A stretch of 64,000 nt of DNA. It comes from Eledone cirrhosa (lineage: Eukaryota). Below are positions 41,600 through 56,629 of the stretch, in pieces. The notes below the pieces were generated by a model. That model saw only the letters and a list, made by a program, of their open reading frames with translations. It had not been told where the DNA came from and did no database searches. Within the stretch, counting starts at the first letter, position 1; each line of letters starts with the position of its first letter. The stretch is taken from contig OZ024741.1 of the NCBI GenBank assembly GCA_964016885.1, positions 168,888,001-168,952,000 of the forward strand, read 5' to 3'. Made by a program: the position numbers and the translations under genes.

Positions 41600-44500
41600 A
41601 ATTTTGATCTGGTCAGTCTCCCAAAATATCGTGCCCCTCAGAGCACAAACATCCAAAATATTTTCGAAAAAAATGTTTGCAAAACACTTCAAATTTAAAA
41701 AAATGGCTGAAGCAAAGGCACCTACTTTTTTGTCAAAACAAGAAGATGTGAAGGGAAAGCCATGCCTACTTGACCAGCAGGTAGTAGCAGACATGGACAA
41801 AGGAATGCCAACATTATCGCCTCAACATTTAGAAGAAGAACAAGCTTCAGCTGAACACGCCTGACGTCACAAACGTCACATGTATCCACACACAGAAGGA
41901 AGTATGTGTAGCAAACACTAACACCACCACAACCAACAACAACAACAACACAATAAATGAGAACAACAACACAACAAAAGGAATCAGTGGCAACACAACG
42001 AATGAGACCATCATCACCACCAACAACAACAATAACAAAATTTCATTTGCAGCAACAGGATTTTAAATACTACTCCATGGACATTTCCCAAAAGTCCCAA
42101 TATTTGGAAGAAGCTTCCCACTATGTGATGTTTGAGGGAGACACCCCACACATACACATACCCTCACAAGTAAGAGAAATGACACAGAAAAAGAAGCTAA
42201 TTTATAGAGCAGTTGACATCACTACCAAAAAACCCATAACGCTCCCAACAAGCACTATCCAAGCTGCACTAAAAGACATCAAGCCAGACGTGGCATACCT
42301 CCAAAGAGGTAAACAGTATGGAAGTGTGTCAGTGATCTTTAAGAGCGAAACTCTGACACAAAAACACTCAGCTCACCCAATAAAAACGGATCAACACATC
42401 TTCCTCCCCACATACATGGGAAGAAGATCCTACAAAATAAAAATAACGAGGATCCCAGCAGAGGTCAACATATGGTGGATCCTATGCTGCATCCTGAAGA
42501 AGGATGAGGACACCCTCCTATCTGTAGACAGGACAGACCGGCATAACTGGTTTGGAACCTGCATCGAGGTTCTGGTACAAATGAGGCCAGAGGGAATTGA
42601 AAAAATACCGGACCGGATCGTCCTTGAGGAAGATGTCATCTCCATTTTAGTGGAGGGGAAAATACCTTAGTGCCATAAGTGTGGGAAAACCACACACTTA
42701 AAGGCCTTTTACCCTCTCTTAAACAAACCGAGGACAAACAAGGTGTTATTACCAACACCAAAACCCCAACATCAACACTCCAAACCAAACACAACACAAA
42801 CACCTGCAACATCCACCACAGACCAGAGACAACCACAAACACGAAATCCCACTGAAAAACCCTCCATTGCCTCCCCCCCCCCCCCCCGTCAAATACTTCC
42901 ACAAACACCTGCACAAACACTCCACCACACAACATACCCCCCCCCATCTACCCCTGATTCAGAAGTCTCAGATACGGGAACCTCTACATCTCCAAGTGAG
43001 AATGAAAAGGAACCCAAAAAATCCAAAAAACAAAAAAGACACAAAAAAGACACAAAAACATCTACAGAAAACACGCATACACCCAACCCAACCATAAACA
43101 CACTGCCACAAACGACAAATACACCAACAACACAATCACCACCAACACAACCAAACACTTCACCAACAAAACAAACACCAACACCACCACAATCACAAAC
43201 CCCAACCACAAAAAGAAAACTACAAATAGAAACAGTACACATAAAAAACAAAACACACTAGACATACATAAAAACAAGAAACAAAGAACTGGTGGAAACT
43301 GTCCGAAAGGACCCCACAATACAGACGGAAGGGAACACTTTCCCCACCAACGACCCACCCCCAAACCTCAAACTTATCAGGGTAACAACCCTACAGTATG
43401 AAACTTTAAAAGAGAACCTCCCACATGATGTGGGCCCCCCTTGCCAAAAGCCCCTTAACCGTGTCCTGCTAAAAGGATTCCCTCCCTCCCCAAACACCAC
43501 CAATCTGGACATGGAGATCGAACAACCTGACCTCCAGGAAACGAAAAGGTAAGTGTTCCTGCCTTTTCTCTCCTTAACTCTTCTTCACCAACATGGCGAC
43601 TATACAAGCTGGATGCTTGAATGTACGTGGCCTGGGCATGTCCTGGAAACAGGGCCAGCTTTTAAATGATCTCAGGTCACATTGTATAGATGTGATAGCC
43701 ATCACGGAGTCCAGAATTCACGACAAGCAGCAGCTAACCCCCTCGTTCGATGATTTTGAGATCTACGCATCTCTCTCTGTCAGGTGGAGGGGGAGTTGCT
43801 GTTCTGTTTCGAAAAAACTTGGATCTCAAAATACAGACGATTCACTTGGACCGGGGAGGGGGCAGCCTGGTGGTCCTGGACGTGAATGGTAGTGAAGGTG
43901 GAGCTTTCAGACTGGTGGCCGTATATGCCCCGACTGGGACATCGCGACCAGAGTTCTTCAAGCGTCTGGAGCCATTCCTGTGAACGTCTCGCTCCTTAGT
44001 GTTAGCGGGGGACTGGAATGGCATCTTAGACTCACGTTGGGACTATGTAGGAGCTTGTGATAATAGAGGAGAGTGTAATAGCCTCAAAAATCTCATCAGC
44101 CAATTCTAACTGGCTGATAGATATCGACTAGACTTCCCAAATGCACCACTGTGGATGTGGAACAACCGCAGTGGGCCTTCTAGATCGTATTTAGATAGAT
44201 TTTTAATTAGACAGAATGATAAGGAAACATTAAGCTGTCCACAAATGTATATGGTTGCCTATTCAGACCACAAATTAGTCACCTGCGTAGTCAACCTTGA
44301 TAGAACACATACACAGGGACCCGGATACTGGATGCTAAACATGTCGCTCCCGGCGCGTAAGGCCTACAGTAAACGGATTAGCACCTTAGTGAAGTGCCAG
44401 TTGACAGGGGCGATCGTTAACAACAGGTGGTGGAGCTCTCTCAAGAGAGAAATTAGAATAGAATCAATACCATTTAGCAAGGAAATAGCTTTAGAAACGA

Positions 44501-47275
44501 AAAAAAAAATGAAAAGGAACTGGTAGCTAAAATAGAAGAGGCACTTAGGAATGGCAGTACAGCTGACGTGCTAGTGGCGAGAACGGCACTAGACCAGTTC
44601 TTCAACGTGAAACGCGAAGGTTGTATTGTCAGAAGTAGAACACGTGCTCTAAGAAACGAGGGACCCAAGGCTGTTAGCTGGGCCCGAGTGGCAGAGGCGA
44701 AAAGTGGCAACAAATCCACAATTCGGTCTTTGCAAGACAAAGATGGACGCATTATACTTGAATCCAAGCAGACGTTCGCGACCCTCCAGCAGCATTTTGC
44801 ACAACTGTTCGGGCAAAGCGGTACATCGAGCGAGGTGATGGACTTCAGCTCCTGCCTCGACGGCGTACCGCGACTCTCGAGCACGGATGCGGAGAGCTGC
44901 GAAAGGCCGATCATAGCGGGAGAAATAGAAGATACCCTAGGCCGCTGCGGGAAACGCAAATCACCCGGTTTAGATGGTCTACCCTATGAGTTTTACATAG
45001 GCATGCCAGACTTGTTCTCTGGCGTTCTCGAAGCGGTCTACTGCAACTGGCAGCAGAGCGGGAGGATTCCCAGTTCTGTAGGCAGAGGGCGTAGTAACGC
45101 TGATCAGGAAAGATGAGGACAAGGGGGATGAGATAAGCAATTTCAGGCCTATAACTCTGCTCAACACAGAGTTAAAGATTTTGGCCAAGGTGTTAGCAGC
45201 AAGGCTGGCGCTTGTCGTCGAGAACCTGGTAGGGGAAGCCCAAACGTGTGCAATCCCGACCAGGTCCATACACGACAACCTCCACCTCATGCGATACATC
45301 ATAGAGAGGGTAGTGTGTAAACCTGGCTTTGGTGGGGCTCTGATCAATTTAGATCAGTCTAAGCCATTTAATAGGGTCGACCATCAATACTTGGAAGCAG
45401 TTCTCAAGGCGGCCGGCTTCGGTCCCGTCTTCAGAGGCCGGATCGCTGCCATGCACACCAGCATCTGCTCGGCAGTCAAGGTGAATGGCTACCTATCAGA
45501 GCCATTCCAAATCATGCGTTCCATCCGTCAGGGATGCCCTCTCTCCTCCATTCTGTATGTACTGACTCTCGAGCCGTTACTGCGGAAATTGGAGCTGTTG
45601 CAGGGCATCCCGATCGAACCAGCACTGCGGAAAGCAGCGTCAGCCTATGCCGACGACATAACCGTAATGATGTCGAAAACCTCGGAAATCAGGGTAATCG
45701 GCAACCTATTACAGGAATACGAAACGTTGATAGGAGCAAGACTAAACCCAAACAAGTCTGTCGGTTTGCAACTCGGCACATGGAGAGGCAAACCCATGCC
45801 TTCCGACAGTGTCGTAGGATGCTGGACTGAAGGACCGGTGATATTATTCGGGGTCTGGTTCGGTCCAGACCTCCAGGTGGACAAGAACTGGAACGAGGTC
45901 ACGGCGAAGGTGTTTGCACTCACCCAGAAGTGGGCTGAGTGCAAACTCTCCTTGAAAGGTCGAGCGGAGGTGGCGAACACTTACATAGCGTCCGTCATCT
46001 ACTACCGTTTGACAGTCGTGCCTTGCCCTCGCGAATACCTTACCAAAATGGAACGCCTACTCTTCAAGTACCTCTGGAAGAAACAGGCTCCATTGGTGAG
46101 GAGATCCATCTGCTGTTAACACCCTTCTAACGGAGGGCTGGGCATGCCGTGGCTGATGATGCGCAAACATGCGCTGAGGCTACGCCATCTCCAAGTATTC
46201 CTGACCGGTGAACCGGTGTGGCTGTCGTTTGGGAGACAAGCTCTTCCACAACTCGTCTCACTAACAGAGCTGCAGTCCTGGGTCAAGCGAAGATCGAAAA
46301 TGGGTGCCTGGCACCTCGAGTGCCTACAGGCGCTCACAGCCCTCTACCAAGCGGAAACGGCAATCAGCGAGACTCTACTTCCACATTCTATAGGGGATCA
46401 GTGGAGGATAAGTGCGACGACGTTCTCGGGGAAACTCTAGGCATCGAGGAGGACGAACTGACCAGTCTGTTCGGGAGGACTTTCCGTCCAGGGCCTATGG
46501 ATAACTTTCAGAGGTCTCTGTCTTGGCAGTGCTACCGAGGAGCTCTACCAGTTCGAGACAGAATCTACAGGCACGGACGCCCTGGCAGAGATCCTGCCAA
46601 AAAGACCTGTCCAAGATGCGAGCAGGACATCGAAACCGTTCTGCACGCAATTGTTCAGTGCCCAGGGGTGACCGACCAGTGGAATTATGTCGAACAGCTG
46701 CTGTCACGTGTGGGACACATCCAGTTGTCAGCCGAGTCCATCGTGAGGATCACCCCGCCGCCTTCATTGAAGAACGAAGGAGAAGCATTTTTCCTCTGTC
46801 TGGTGGCTATGGCGAAAGAGGTAATATGGTGGACGAGGTTAAACGGACTGAGGGCGAACACCTTTCTCGCCGGACAACAACTTATCCCCTTCTTTAAGTA
46901 TCACTTCAGAAGGAAGGTGAGAGTGGAGAGAGAGGTGCTACACCCCAGTAAATTCGCTGAAAGGTGGGTGAATGTGGCAAAAATGGCCCGAGTGAATGAG
47001 CCTTCTCTGTATATAAACCTTTAGGTTGAGGAAGATAAACAGATGGAAGACAGGAACACCTACAAAAGGTGTTCCTGGTGTTGAGGGTTGTTCTATCCAA
47101 GGGGTGTAAAACAACCCTGCAGTAACGATCCCCCCTATTGGGATTTCAATTGTTATTTTATTATATATAGTTTATTGTTATTTATTAATATTAAAGTTAT
47201 TTTTATGTAAAACCCCCGTCGTCACGTCTTGTAATGTCCCATTTTTGTACGCCCCTATGGCAAATAAAGAAAGAT
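41600..47275 (+). mobile_element. Near full-length Tx1/L1-clade LINE (ORF1 ~41600-43552; ORF2 43593-47024: APE endonuclease, RT, zinc finger), inactivated by stops and frameshifts; tail (TATC)n
   Basis: ORF1 knuckle CHKCGKTTHLKAF at ~42671; ORF2 CLNVRGL, VYAP, GDWN, YLDRFL, SDHK, KSPGLDGLPYEFY, FRPITLLN, RQGCPLS, AYADD, CPRC..ETVLHAIVQC. Confidence 0.93.
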
Positions 47276-47321
47276 ATCTATCTATCTATCTATCTATCTC
47301 TCTCTCTCTTTTTTTTTTTTT

Positions 47322-47700
47322 TTTTCAAATACCACTTTGGAAGAAGAATCAGGGTGGAGAGAGAGGTGCTGCACCCCAGCAAGTTTTATGAAAGATGGGT
47401 GAAAGTGGCGAGAATGGCCCGAGTGAATGGGCCTTCTCTCTATATCAGCTTGTAGGTTGAGGAAAAGGAGGAGGAGAAGAAAGGAGTACAAACTCTTCGT
47501 ACTCCTGGAGTTGAGGGGTGCACATTTTTTCGGGGGGTATGTGTTACCCATATGAACTGTCTCCCCCTGTTGGGGAAAATCGACTAACTTTTTAAATTGC
47601 ATTTGTGATAACATTTTATACGTTTTTATTGTATGTAAACTTCCCCCTTTGTATTTGTCCCCTTCTTTTGTGCCTCTGTGGCTAATAAAGAAACATATCT
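47322..47700 (+). mobile_element. Short Tx1 3'-end copy directly behind the long element
   Basis: FKYHFGRRIRVEREVLHPSKF + 3'UTR ending AATAAAGAAA, then (TATC)/(TC)n. Confidence 0.8.
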
Positions 47701-47705
47701 ATCTA

Positions 47706-48630
<925 letters not shown>

Positions 48631-48633
48631 TCG

Positions 48634-48681
<48 letters not shown>

Positions 48682-48700
48682 TAGATATAGATATAGATAG

Positions 48701-48900
48701 CGGTAGAATACTGGGAGGTTATATCCGTAGTAGTAGAGCACCCAGTCCATGGGACGAGTTCAGTAGAAGTTAGTTCCACAACAGTTAATAAGCACGTTTC
48801 TCCTTACGGATTTTTTACTATATGTATGTATGTATATATATATATATATATATATACATATAGTAAACAATCCGTAAGGAGAAACGTACTTATTAACTGA
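48701..48900 (-). mobile_element. Fold-back mini-element with (TA)n loop and left tail; HHR 3' half only
   Basis: Arms ~48782-48826 and ~48855-48899; tcc-gtaa-gga-GAAA-cgtac-TT. Confidence 0.65.
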
Positions 48901-49313
48901 TATATATATATATATATATAATTGGATATATGAGAGGGATGAACACAAATATAACTATACATGTGTTTCAATTGCAAATGGCCAAGTTAACTAGGTTGAA
49001 AATTACTAATTTAAAACAATATGGTTTGCCAGACACAATTTAACATAATAAATCAATAAAAATAACAAACCACGGCTCGGAAAGATTCCCTTCTTTGAGC
49101 TATTTAATTGTAAAAGACTATTTCGAGTTTTTAACTCAATCTATGATATTCTCGGCTCCCTATGTATGTAGAGCTAACTTTAGTCTCATAAACCTAGCTG
49201 CTATTTTAGCGGCATGAGTATGGGACGCGTTATGCGCTGTAACATGTGCGTTTATACCCCCGCATCGTTCAGTCCTCTTAGATCCTTTGAAATGAAAGGT
49301 ACTAATTTTCCTG

Positions 49314-49761
49314 GATACCCGCAGAAGAGCACAGGAATTCTAGCTTTCACTTAATAATTGTTTCTACTTTTGGCACAAGGCCAGCAATTACCCAGTGCAT
49401 TACTGGTACTTTATTTTATCGACCCCGTAAGGATGAAAGGCAAAGTTAACCTCGGCAGGATTTGAACTCAGAATGGCAAGGACCGTAACTCTATCCATCA
49501 AAGCATGGCGTCTGACCCTCTACCGATACTGCCAATCCTAATAATTGTTTCTATTTTAGGCACAAGGCCAGCAATTACCCGGTACATTACTGGTACTTTA
49601 TTTTATCGACCCCGTAAGGATGAAAGGCAAAGTCAACCTCGGCGGGATTTGAACTCAGATCGTAAAGGGACGTAACTATGCTGGAAAGCATGGCGTCCGA
49701 CCCTCTACCGCTACTGCCAATCCACCGCCTTTGCGAAACAGATCATGTCTGTCCGGGTATC
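49314..49761 (+). ncRNA. Type-I hammerhead split by two SINEs in loop II
   Basis: gatacccg-CAGAAGA-gca..[SINEs]..tgc-GAAA-cagatcatgtct-GTC-cgggtatc; 8-bp stem I, 5-bp stem III. Confidence 0.78.
49352..49729 (-). mobile_element. Two tandem tRNA-derived SINEs
   Basis: Two consecutive reverse copies of the SINE core (49352-49538 and 49539-49729). Confidence 0.88.
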
Positions 49762-50307
49762 ATAGGCTATTTTCCCGGTATAGATTTGTTATTTTTATTG
49801 ATTTAAATTAGTATTTTTCAACCTAGCTAACTTTGTCATTTGCAATTCGAACACATGTATACTTGTATCAGTGTTTAACCCTCTCATATATTGATTTGTA
49901 TTACACAGCTCGGAAATATTCCCTTCTTTGAGCTATTTAATTGTAAAAGACTATTTTGAATTTTTAACTCAACCTATGATATATATATATATACATATAT
50001 ATATATATGCATGCCCCTTACACATTGATATAATAAGGAATTCAATTGCAGAGAATACTTGGCCGCTTAACATTTTTGATTGGCAACCAGCCACCACCAT
50101 CACCACTACCACCACCACCACCACCACCACCACCATCACCAACAGCAGCAACACCACCACCATACTAACATATACGAAAGTCTATAAGTATGTGTCACTC
50201 TGTCTTAACTTTGGAAAGGGTGTTACATATATGTATGTATATATATATATATATATATATACATATATAAATATGTATATATATATATATATATATAAAC
50301 ATATATT

Positions 50308-50457
<150 letters not shown>

Positions 50458-50706
50458 GGGTAAGAGAGATAAAGGGAGGGAGTGAAATAGAATGATAATT
50501 ATACAACAATCAGCTGTATATCAATGGGCGTATGCCGCATTCTTAAACCCGATTACATTCCATTATATACTTTGCTTGTAATTGGTTGGTGAAAGAGGCT
50601 GTTTTACCTCTAGTCAGTTATATATGTATCTCGTATGTGTGTGTACGTGCGTGTGTGTACGTGCGTGTGCGTGTATGTGTAAAACGTACTCTAAAGAGCT
50701 GAGATC

Positions 50707-50962
50707 ACGATAAAATGCACCCAGTCCCCGCTGTTAAGTAGTAGTTCGGGTGCTATGATAAAATGCACCCAGTCCCCACTGTTAAGTAGTAGTTCGGGTG
50801 CTATGATAAAATGCACCCAGTCCCCGCTGTTAAGTAGTAGTTCGGGTGCTATGATAAAATGCACCCAGTCCCCACTGTTAAGTAGTAGTTCGGGTGCTAT
50901 GATAAAATGCATCCAGTACTCACTGTAAAGTGGTAGTTTTGGTGTCTCAATAAAGTGCATCC
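50707..50962. repeat. 48-bp minisatellite, 4 near-identical units + degenerate fifth
   Basis: Unit atgataaaatgcacccagtcccc(g/a)ctgttaagtagtagttcgggtgct. Confidence 0.92.
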
Positions 50963-51738
50963 ACTATGCGCTACATAGTTATTGGTATTAGGAAGAGCAC
51001 AAGAAAGCTTGCCAAAATGGAACGTATGTGCAAGACGTGATCGTCTGACTTGTCTATTCTCAGAACGTAAAGACCCGTCCAACCCATGCAATCATAGAAA
51101 ATCGACATAAAATAGGAATGGTGTTTATACTAGTTGGCCCCGTGCCGTCAAAAATGATGGCTATTTGTCATATCTATACATAATATAATAAAAGAGATGT
51201 TTGTTTGTTGGTTGGTTGGCTGGTTTGTTGGTTGGTTCCTTCGCACACACTCACACAAGTGATACAAACACGCAACTGGGATGAATCTTAGAACGCTGGA
51301 CTTCGATAGTTTCTTACCAACCCTTCTTCCTTGGTCATCAAATAGATGTGTGTGTATGTAATGATTATTTTTTTCTAAATGTGTCTGTTTATATATATGT
51401 ATGTGTAGATTCGTGTGTGTTTGTAATTCTATTGTCTATGTATCTTTCTAAATAAACACACACAAACACATATACACTCACACAAATATTATATATGAAT
51501 ATAATTTACACAGACCCACGTATACACACACACAAAAACTCACATAATCATAACAGCCAATGTGCGTAGCCAATTCTCTATACATATACACACACAGGTG
51601 TAACGAATGTTAAACACAGCTTAAACGCCCCTTCCTTCTTCAGTCAACATATTCACCCTTTCCTTCCTCAGCCATCGCTGGTGTGTGACAGACAAATACA
51701 CAAGCCTTTTATATTAGTGGATATATATATATGCATAC

Positions 51739-51769
<31 letters not shown>

Positions 51770-51770
51770 T

Positions 51771-51961
51771 AACGAAAGAGGTGTGGTAAGAAACCAGATG
51801 GAACCAGAGTGCTCAATACTTAGGGTAGTAGAGTGGGTAATATGGAAATGTTTGACCCCGACGGCAGAGCTCAAGCCGTTTCGACGGCTATTTCTGGACT
51901 GAGTTCAGAAATAGCCGTCGAAACGGCTTGAGCTCTGCCGTCGGAGGTAAACATTTCCCTA
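51771..51961 (-). mobile_element. Family A fold-back element (tail on left, centre ~51901)
   Basis: ccgacggcagagctcaagccgtttcgacggctatttctg / cagaaatagccgtcgaaacggcttgagctctgccgtcgg. Confidence 0.85.
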
Positions 51962-52079
51962 TACACATATATACATATGTATACATATATGTATATATAT
52001 ATATACATATATACACACACACGCACGCACACACCCACACACACAGAGACACCCACCCACACACACAGAGACACCCACC

Positions 52080-52155
<76 letters not shown>

Positions 52156-52201
52156 GCTGTTATTTACTATGAGTTTAGTCCTGATGAATCAGACCAATAA
52201 T

Positions 52202-52388
52202 TGTTTCTACTTTTGGCACATGGCCAGCAATTATCCAGTGCATTACTGGTACTTTATTTTATCGACCCCGTAAGGATGAAAGGCAAAGTTAACCTCGGCG
52301 GGATTTGAACTCAAACCATAAAGGGGCGTAACTCTTTGCTGCAAAGCATAGCGTCAGACCCTCTACCGATACTGCCAATCCACCGCCC
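52202..52388 (-). mobile_element. Full-length tRNA-derived SINE with 17-bp target-site duplication
   Basis: tgaatcagaccaataat at 52185-52201 and 52389-52405. Confidence 0.9.
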
Positions 52389-52669
52389 TGAATCAGACCA
52401 ATAATCAAAGATGTTTCGATTTACAGATAATTTGAATTTACGATGTATAGCGAAGACCATATTGTACGTATCCAGTTTGTAATAGCGACACTGGATCCCT
52501 GTGAACATCAAGTTGAAATCCTTGTGTTGTAAAAAGAGACTAATGCCAACATCTGCATTATAAGTATCCGTTAGACTAAGTACACCATATTCCTGTGTGT
52601 ATCTGATTTAGATTAGGTGCACTGTACCTCTGTGAGCATCTGATTTGGAATGGGCACATTGTATCCCAG

Positions 52670-53340
52670 ATGGTGGTGGTGGTGCTAGTGGTGGTTGTGG
52701 TGGTGGTTGTGGTCGTGTTGGTGGTCATCGTGGTCATCGGGGTCGTCGTTCTCGACGTAGTGGTGGGGGTGGGGGGGTCTTAGTCGTGGTGATGATGGTG
52801 GTGGTGGTGGTCATCGTGGTCGGTCGTCGTGATGGTGGTTGTGGTGGTGGTGGTGGTGGCGGTGGTGATGGTGGTGGGTGTCGTGGTCATGGTGGTGGTG
52901 GTGGTGGTGGTGGTGGTGGTGGTGGTCGTGGTCGGGGTTGTGGTGGTGGTGGTGGTGGTCGTGATTGTGGTCGTCATCGTGGTGATGGTGTTGGTGGTGG
53001 TGGTGGTCGTCGTCGTCGTCGTCGTGATGGTGGTGTTGGTGGTCGTGGTCGTGGCTGTGATGGTGGTGTTGGTGGTCGTGGTCGTGGTCGTGGCTGTGGT
53101 GGTGGTGGTGGTGGTGTTGGTGGTCGTGATTGTGGTCGTCAACGTGGTGATGGTGTTGGTGGTGGTGGTGGTGGTGGTCGTCGTCGTCGTCGTCGTCGAA
53201 GTGATGGTCGTGGTGGTCGGGGCGTTGGTAATAGCGGTCGTGGTGGTCGTGCTGCTGGTGGTGCTGGTGGTGCTGGTGGTGCTGGTGGTGCTGGTGTTGC
53301 TGGTAGCGCTGTTGGTGTTGCTGGTTGTGGAGGTAGTAGT
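52670..53340. repeat. Degenerate (GGT)/(CGT)/(GAT) trinucleotide array
   Basis: Direct reading; open in several frames for compositional reasons only. Confidence 0.9.
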
Positions 53341-53876
53341 GCCGGTTCTGTTGATTCAGTGATGGTGATAGCGTCGCTGATCCAGTGGTTGTTACGTTAA
53401 ACATTTTAGCATTCAACATTTCATATTTTGGTTGCCTTTGTTTTGCTATTTTTGCTGCTGCTATTGTTGTTCTTGTTGATATTAATGCTGTCTTGCTTTA
53501 TTGTAAGCTTATTTTTCTTGTTGTTGAAAACTTGTTCTACTTGTTGTTTTTTCTCCATCTATTTTAATGTTTATTCTTCAACAAGTTCTTTAATTGTCAA
53601 TCATATCAACAGCAAACACACATGTAAGTTGGCAGAAATATATTATATATGGATGTGTGCACATGTGTACTGGCATTTATATATGTGCATATATGTGCAT
53701 ATGTATTCATATATATGTATGTATGTAGTATATATATATATGTGTGTGTGTATGTGTATCATGTTATATCTATTTTCCATGCGTGCCTAGGTTATATATA
53801 TATAATCCATGCTAGCGTGAAAGATGGACGTTAAACGATGATGATGATGATGTTGATGATGATATATATATATATT

Positions 53877-54213
<337 letters not shown>

Positions 54214-54214
54214 T

Positions 54215-54320
<106 letters not shown>

Positions 54321-55007
54321 AAGGGAGAGAGGGAGAAAGAAAGAAAGATAGAGAGATGGAGAGAGAGAGAGACATGTTCGTATATGTTAGGTGGCCACTT
54401 GTACTACGTCTATGTGAGTGTGTATATACATAATTATGAACAGAAGAGATTGAGTTAGTTTGTTTATTGAGCTGCTTTAGTTCAAAACATATTTTTATTT
54501 ATTGACAAACCATGCAGAAATGGTAATATATGCAGGCTTTTCAACCATTACGCATTATGCATGAATTTCCGACATTTGTCTTTTCATCATGCATTTTGCT
54601 GAAAAATCTAGTATTTTGGGAGCTCGCTCATATTTAAGTGTTTCACTTCACATGTTCTTTTTTTCTAGGCCTTCTGATATTTTCTTTGAAATCAACATTT
54701 TTAATTTAACCCTAAAGTACTACCGTGGGGCCCCGAAGTGCCCACTTGCCATCAGGCATGCTGACGACCTGGCCAGCCTGCTACTGTATATATTTATGCA
54801 TATATATACATATATACATATATACATATATACATATATACATATAAAAGTGACACAGAGGAGACTGAGGTTAGCTGGACATGCTCACCGACATCCAGAG
54901 TTGACATTGCACTCAGTACTCCTTTGGGAGCCCCTACATGGACACACTAGAAGAGGAAGACCAAGGTTAACGTATGTTGATGCCCTAAGGATATATATAT
55001 ATATATA

Positions 55008-55362
55008 TTATAAAGAACGAGGAATCAGTGATGCATCATATCACATTTATTAACATATAACATATGTTTCTCTGTCGATCAGCTCGAGGCAAGATCTGTT
55101 ACAGATCGAACCCGACTCTGCATTCAAAGGATCTTCAGAAACATATCAGGAGATTCTTGGAATGCAGAGTCGGGTTCTATCTGTAACAGATCTTGCCTCG
55201 AGCTGATCGACAGAGAAACATATGTTATATGTTAATAAATGTGATATGATGCATCACTGATTCCTCGTTCTTTATCATATTATACTCTGCTCTGCGCGAG
55301 CATATATTGCTCAACTGGCATACCGCCTACGGACGCATTTACCTGCAACCCTACAATAACTA
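55008..55362 (+). mobile_element. Fold-back mini-element (arms ~55008-55125 / ~55160-55275) + ~85-nt tail in (TA)n; HHR core on minus strand ~55053-55145
   Basis: Minus strand: atgttt-CTGAAGA-tc..long..ga-GAAA-catat-GTT-atatgt. Confidence 0.8.
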
Positions 55363-55369
55363 TATATAT

Positions 55370-55451
<82 letters not shown>

Positions 55452-55479
55452 ATCAAAAGATGGTTAAAAGAGTTCCATG

Positions 55480-55550
55480 TATTTTATTATGCGCATTTCA
55501 AGAACAAATATCATCATGCAATAACATTTGCGTTTTCGTCAGATAAAATA
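55480..55550 (-). ncRNA. Type-I hammerhead (family C), intact core
   Basis: Reverse complement of 55697-55767. Confidence 0.88.
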
Positions 55551-55696
55551 GGGAGACATGATATGAAGGTTAAAACACACTTGTGAATAGTGCAGTTTTA
55601 AATCAACATATCATATTAAATCAACATATCATATGATATGTTGATTTAAAACTGCACTATTCACAAGTGTGTTTTAACCTTCATATCATGTCTCCC

Positions 55697-55767
55697 TATT
55701 TTATCTGACGAAAACGCAAATGTTATTGCATGATGATATTTGTTTTTGAAATGCGCATAATAAAATA
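55697..55767 (+). ncRNA. Type-I hammerhead (family C), intact core
   Basis: tattttat-CTGACGA-aaacgcaaatgttattgcatgatgatatttgttttt-GAAA-tgcgca-TA-ataaaata; 8-bp stem I, palindromic stem III. Confidence 0.9.
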
Positions 55768-55888
55768 CATGGAACTCTTTTAACCATCTTTTGATCTTAT
55801 ATATTATTTATACTCCAGTCCTACAAACTGCAGAGTGCTACTTATCCGATATCTGCATTGCTTTATTGTACTACAATAAAACTCACCT

Positions 55889-55994
<106 letters not shown>

Positions 55995-56358
55995 GATATA
56001 TATATATTGATTACTCAATGAAAGGAATATTTTTGATGATGAAGATATGTAATTTTTTTCGAACCTGTTCATACATTTTACATTTTACAAAAATGCCGTA
56101 ACATATATGCCGTAACAAAGTACCTTCCATTACCATATTTCTAATGAAGATTCTACCTAAGATTTTCAAATAATTTTGAAAATAATCAAGAATTTGAAGG
56201 GATATATTTAACTTTTTCCTTACGATAGAAGATTTTTCACACTTAAGACAGTTTTGTATCATAAAACCTAGGGAAGTTTCAGCTAGATTAATAACAAAAA
56301 GGTTGGAAAACTACCCGATAGTCAATTCTTAAGTGATGCATCTTCTCTCAAATTTTAA

Positions 56359-56555
56359 CCCTTTAGCATTTACATTACTCTATATTTGCTATTGTATTTT
56401 CACGGTAAACACTTTATTTCACATGATTATCTCACATTATTATTTATTTTGAGAACAATACCATAACATAAGTATGAGCAGCCTGTTATGGCCGGTTTGA
56501 ACAGAAAAAGGTGAGAGAATGCTGGCCGAATGTGGCCAGTTTAAATGCTAACGGG
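56359..56555. mobile_element. TTAA-flanked MITE
   Basis: ttaa|ccctttagcattta ... taaatgctaacggg|ttaa. Confidence 0.7.
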
Positions 56556-56629
56556 TTAAATTTACAGAAAAAAAATGAAAGCTCAGTTTCTGTTTTTGTT
56601 GTCAGATACAGTATTTTTTTCTTCACTTA

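Larger units (their letters stand above)
48920..49980 (+). mobile_element. Retrozyme-like element (~455-nt monomer after removing two SINEs) + inverted arm, (TA)n both sides
   Basis: Direct repeat ~49075-49147 / ~49908-49980; arm ~48920-49070 is the reverse complement of ~49785-49900. Confidence 0.75.

Noticed and set aside
50707-50962. CRISPR-like regular repeat
   Set aside because: No unique spacers, eukaryotic context and no cas genes.
52175-52430. CTGATGA at 52181 as a SINE-split hammerhead
   Set aside because: Removing the SINE yields no GAAA, stem III or stem I partner.
52645-53419. Gly-rich, His-rich, Val-rich and Thr-rich ORFs resembling structural proteins
   Set aside because: All are frames of one degenerate (GGT)n array, with no signal peptide or unique coding context.
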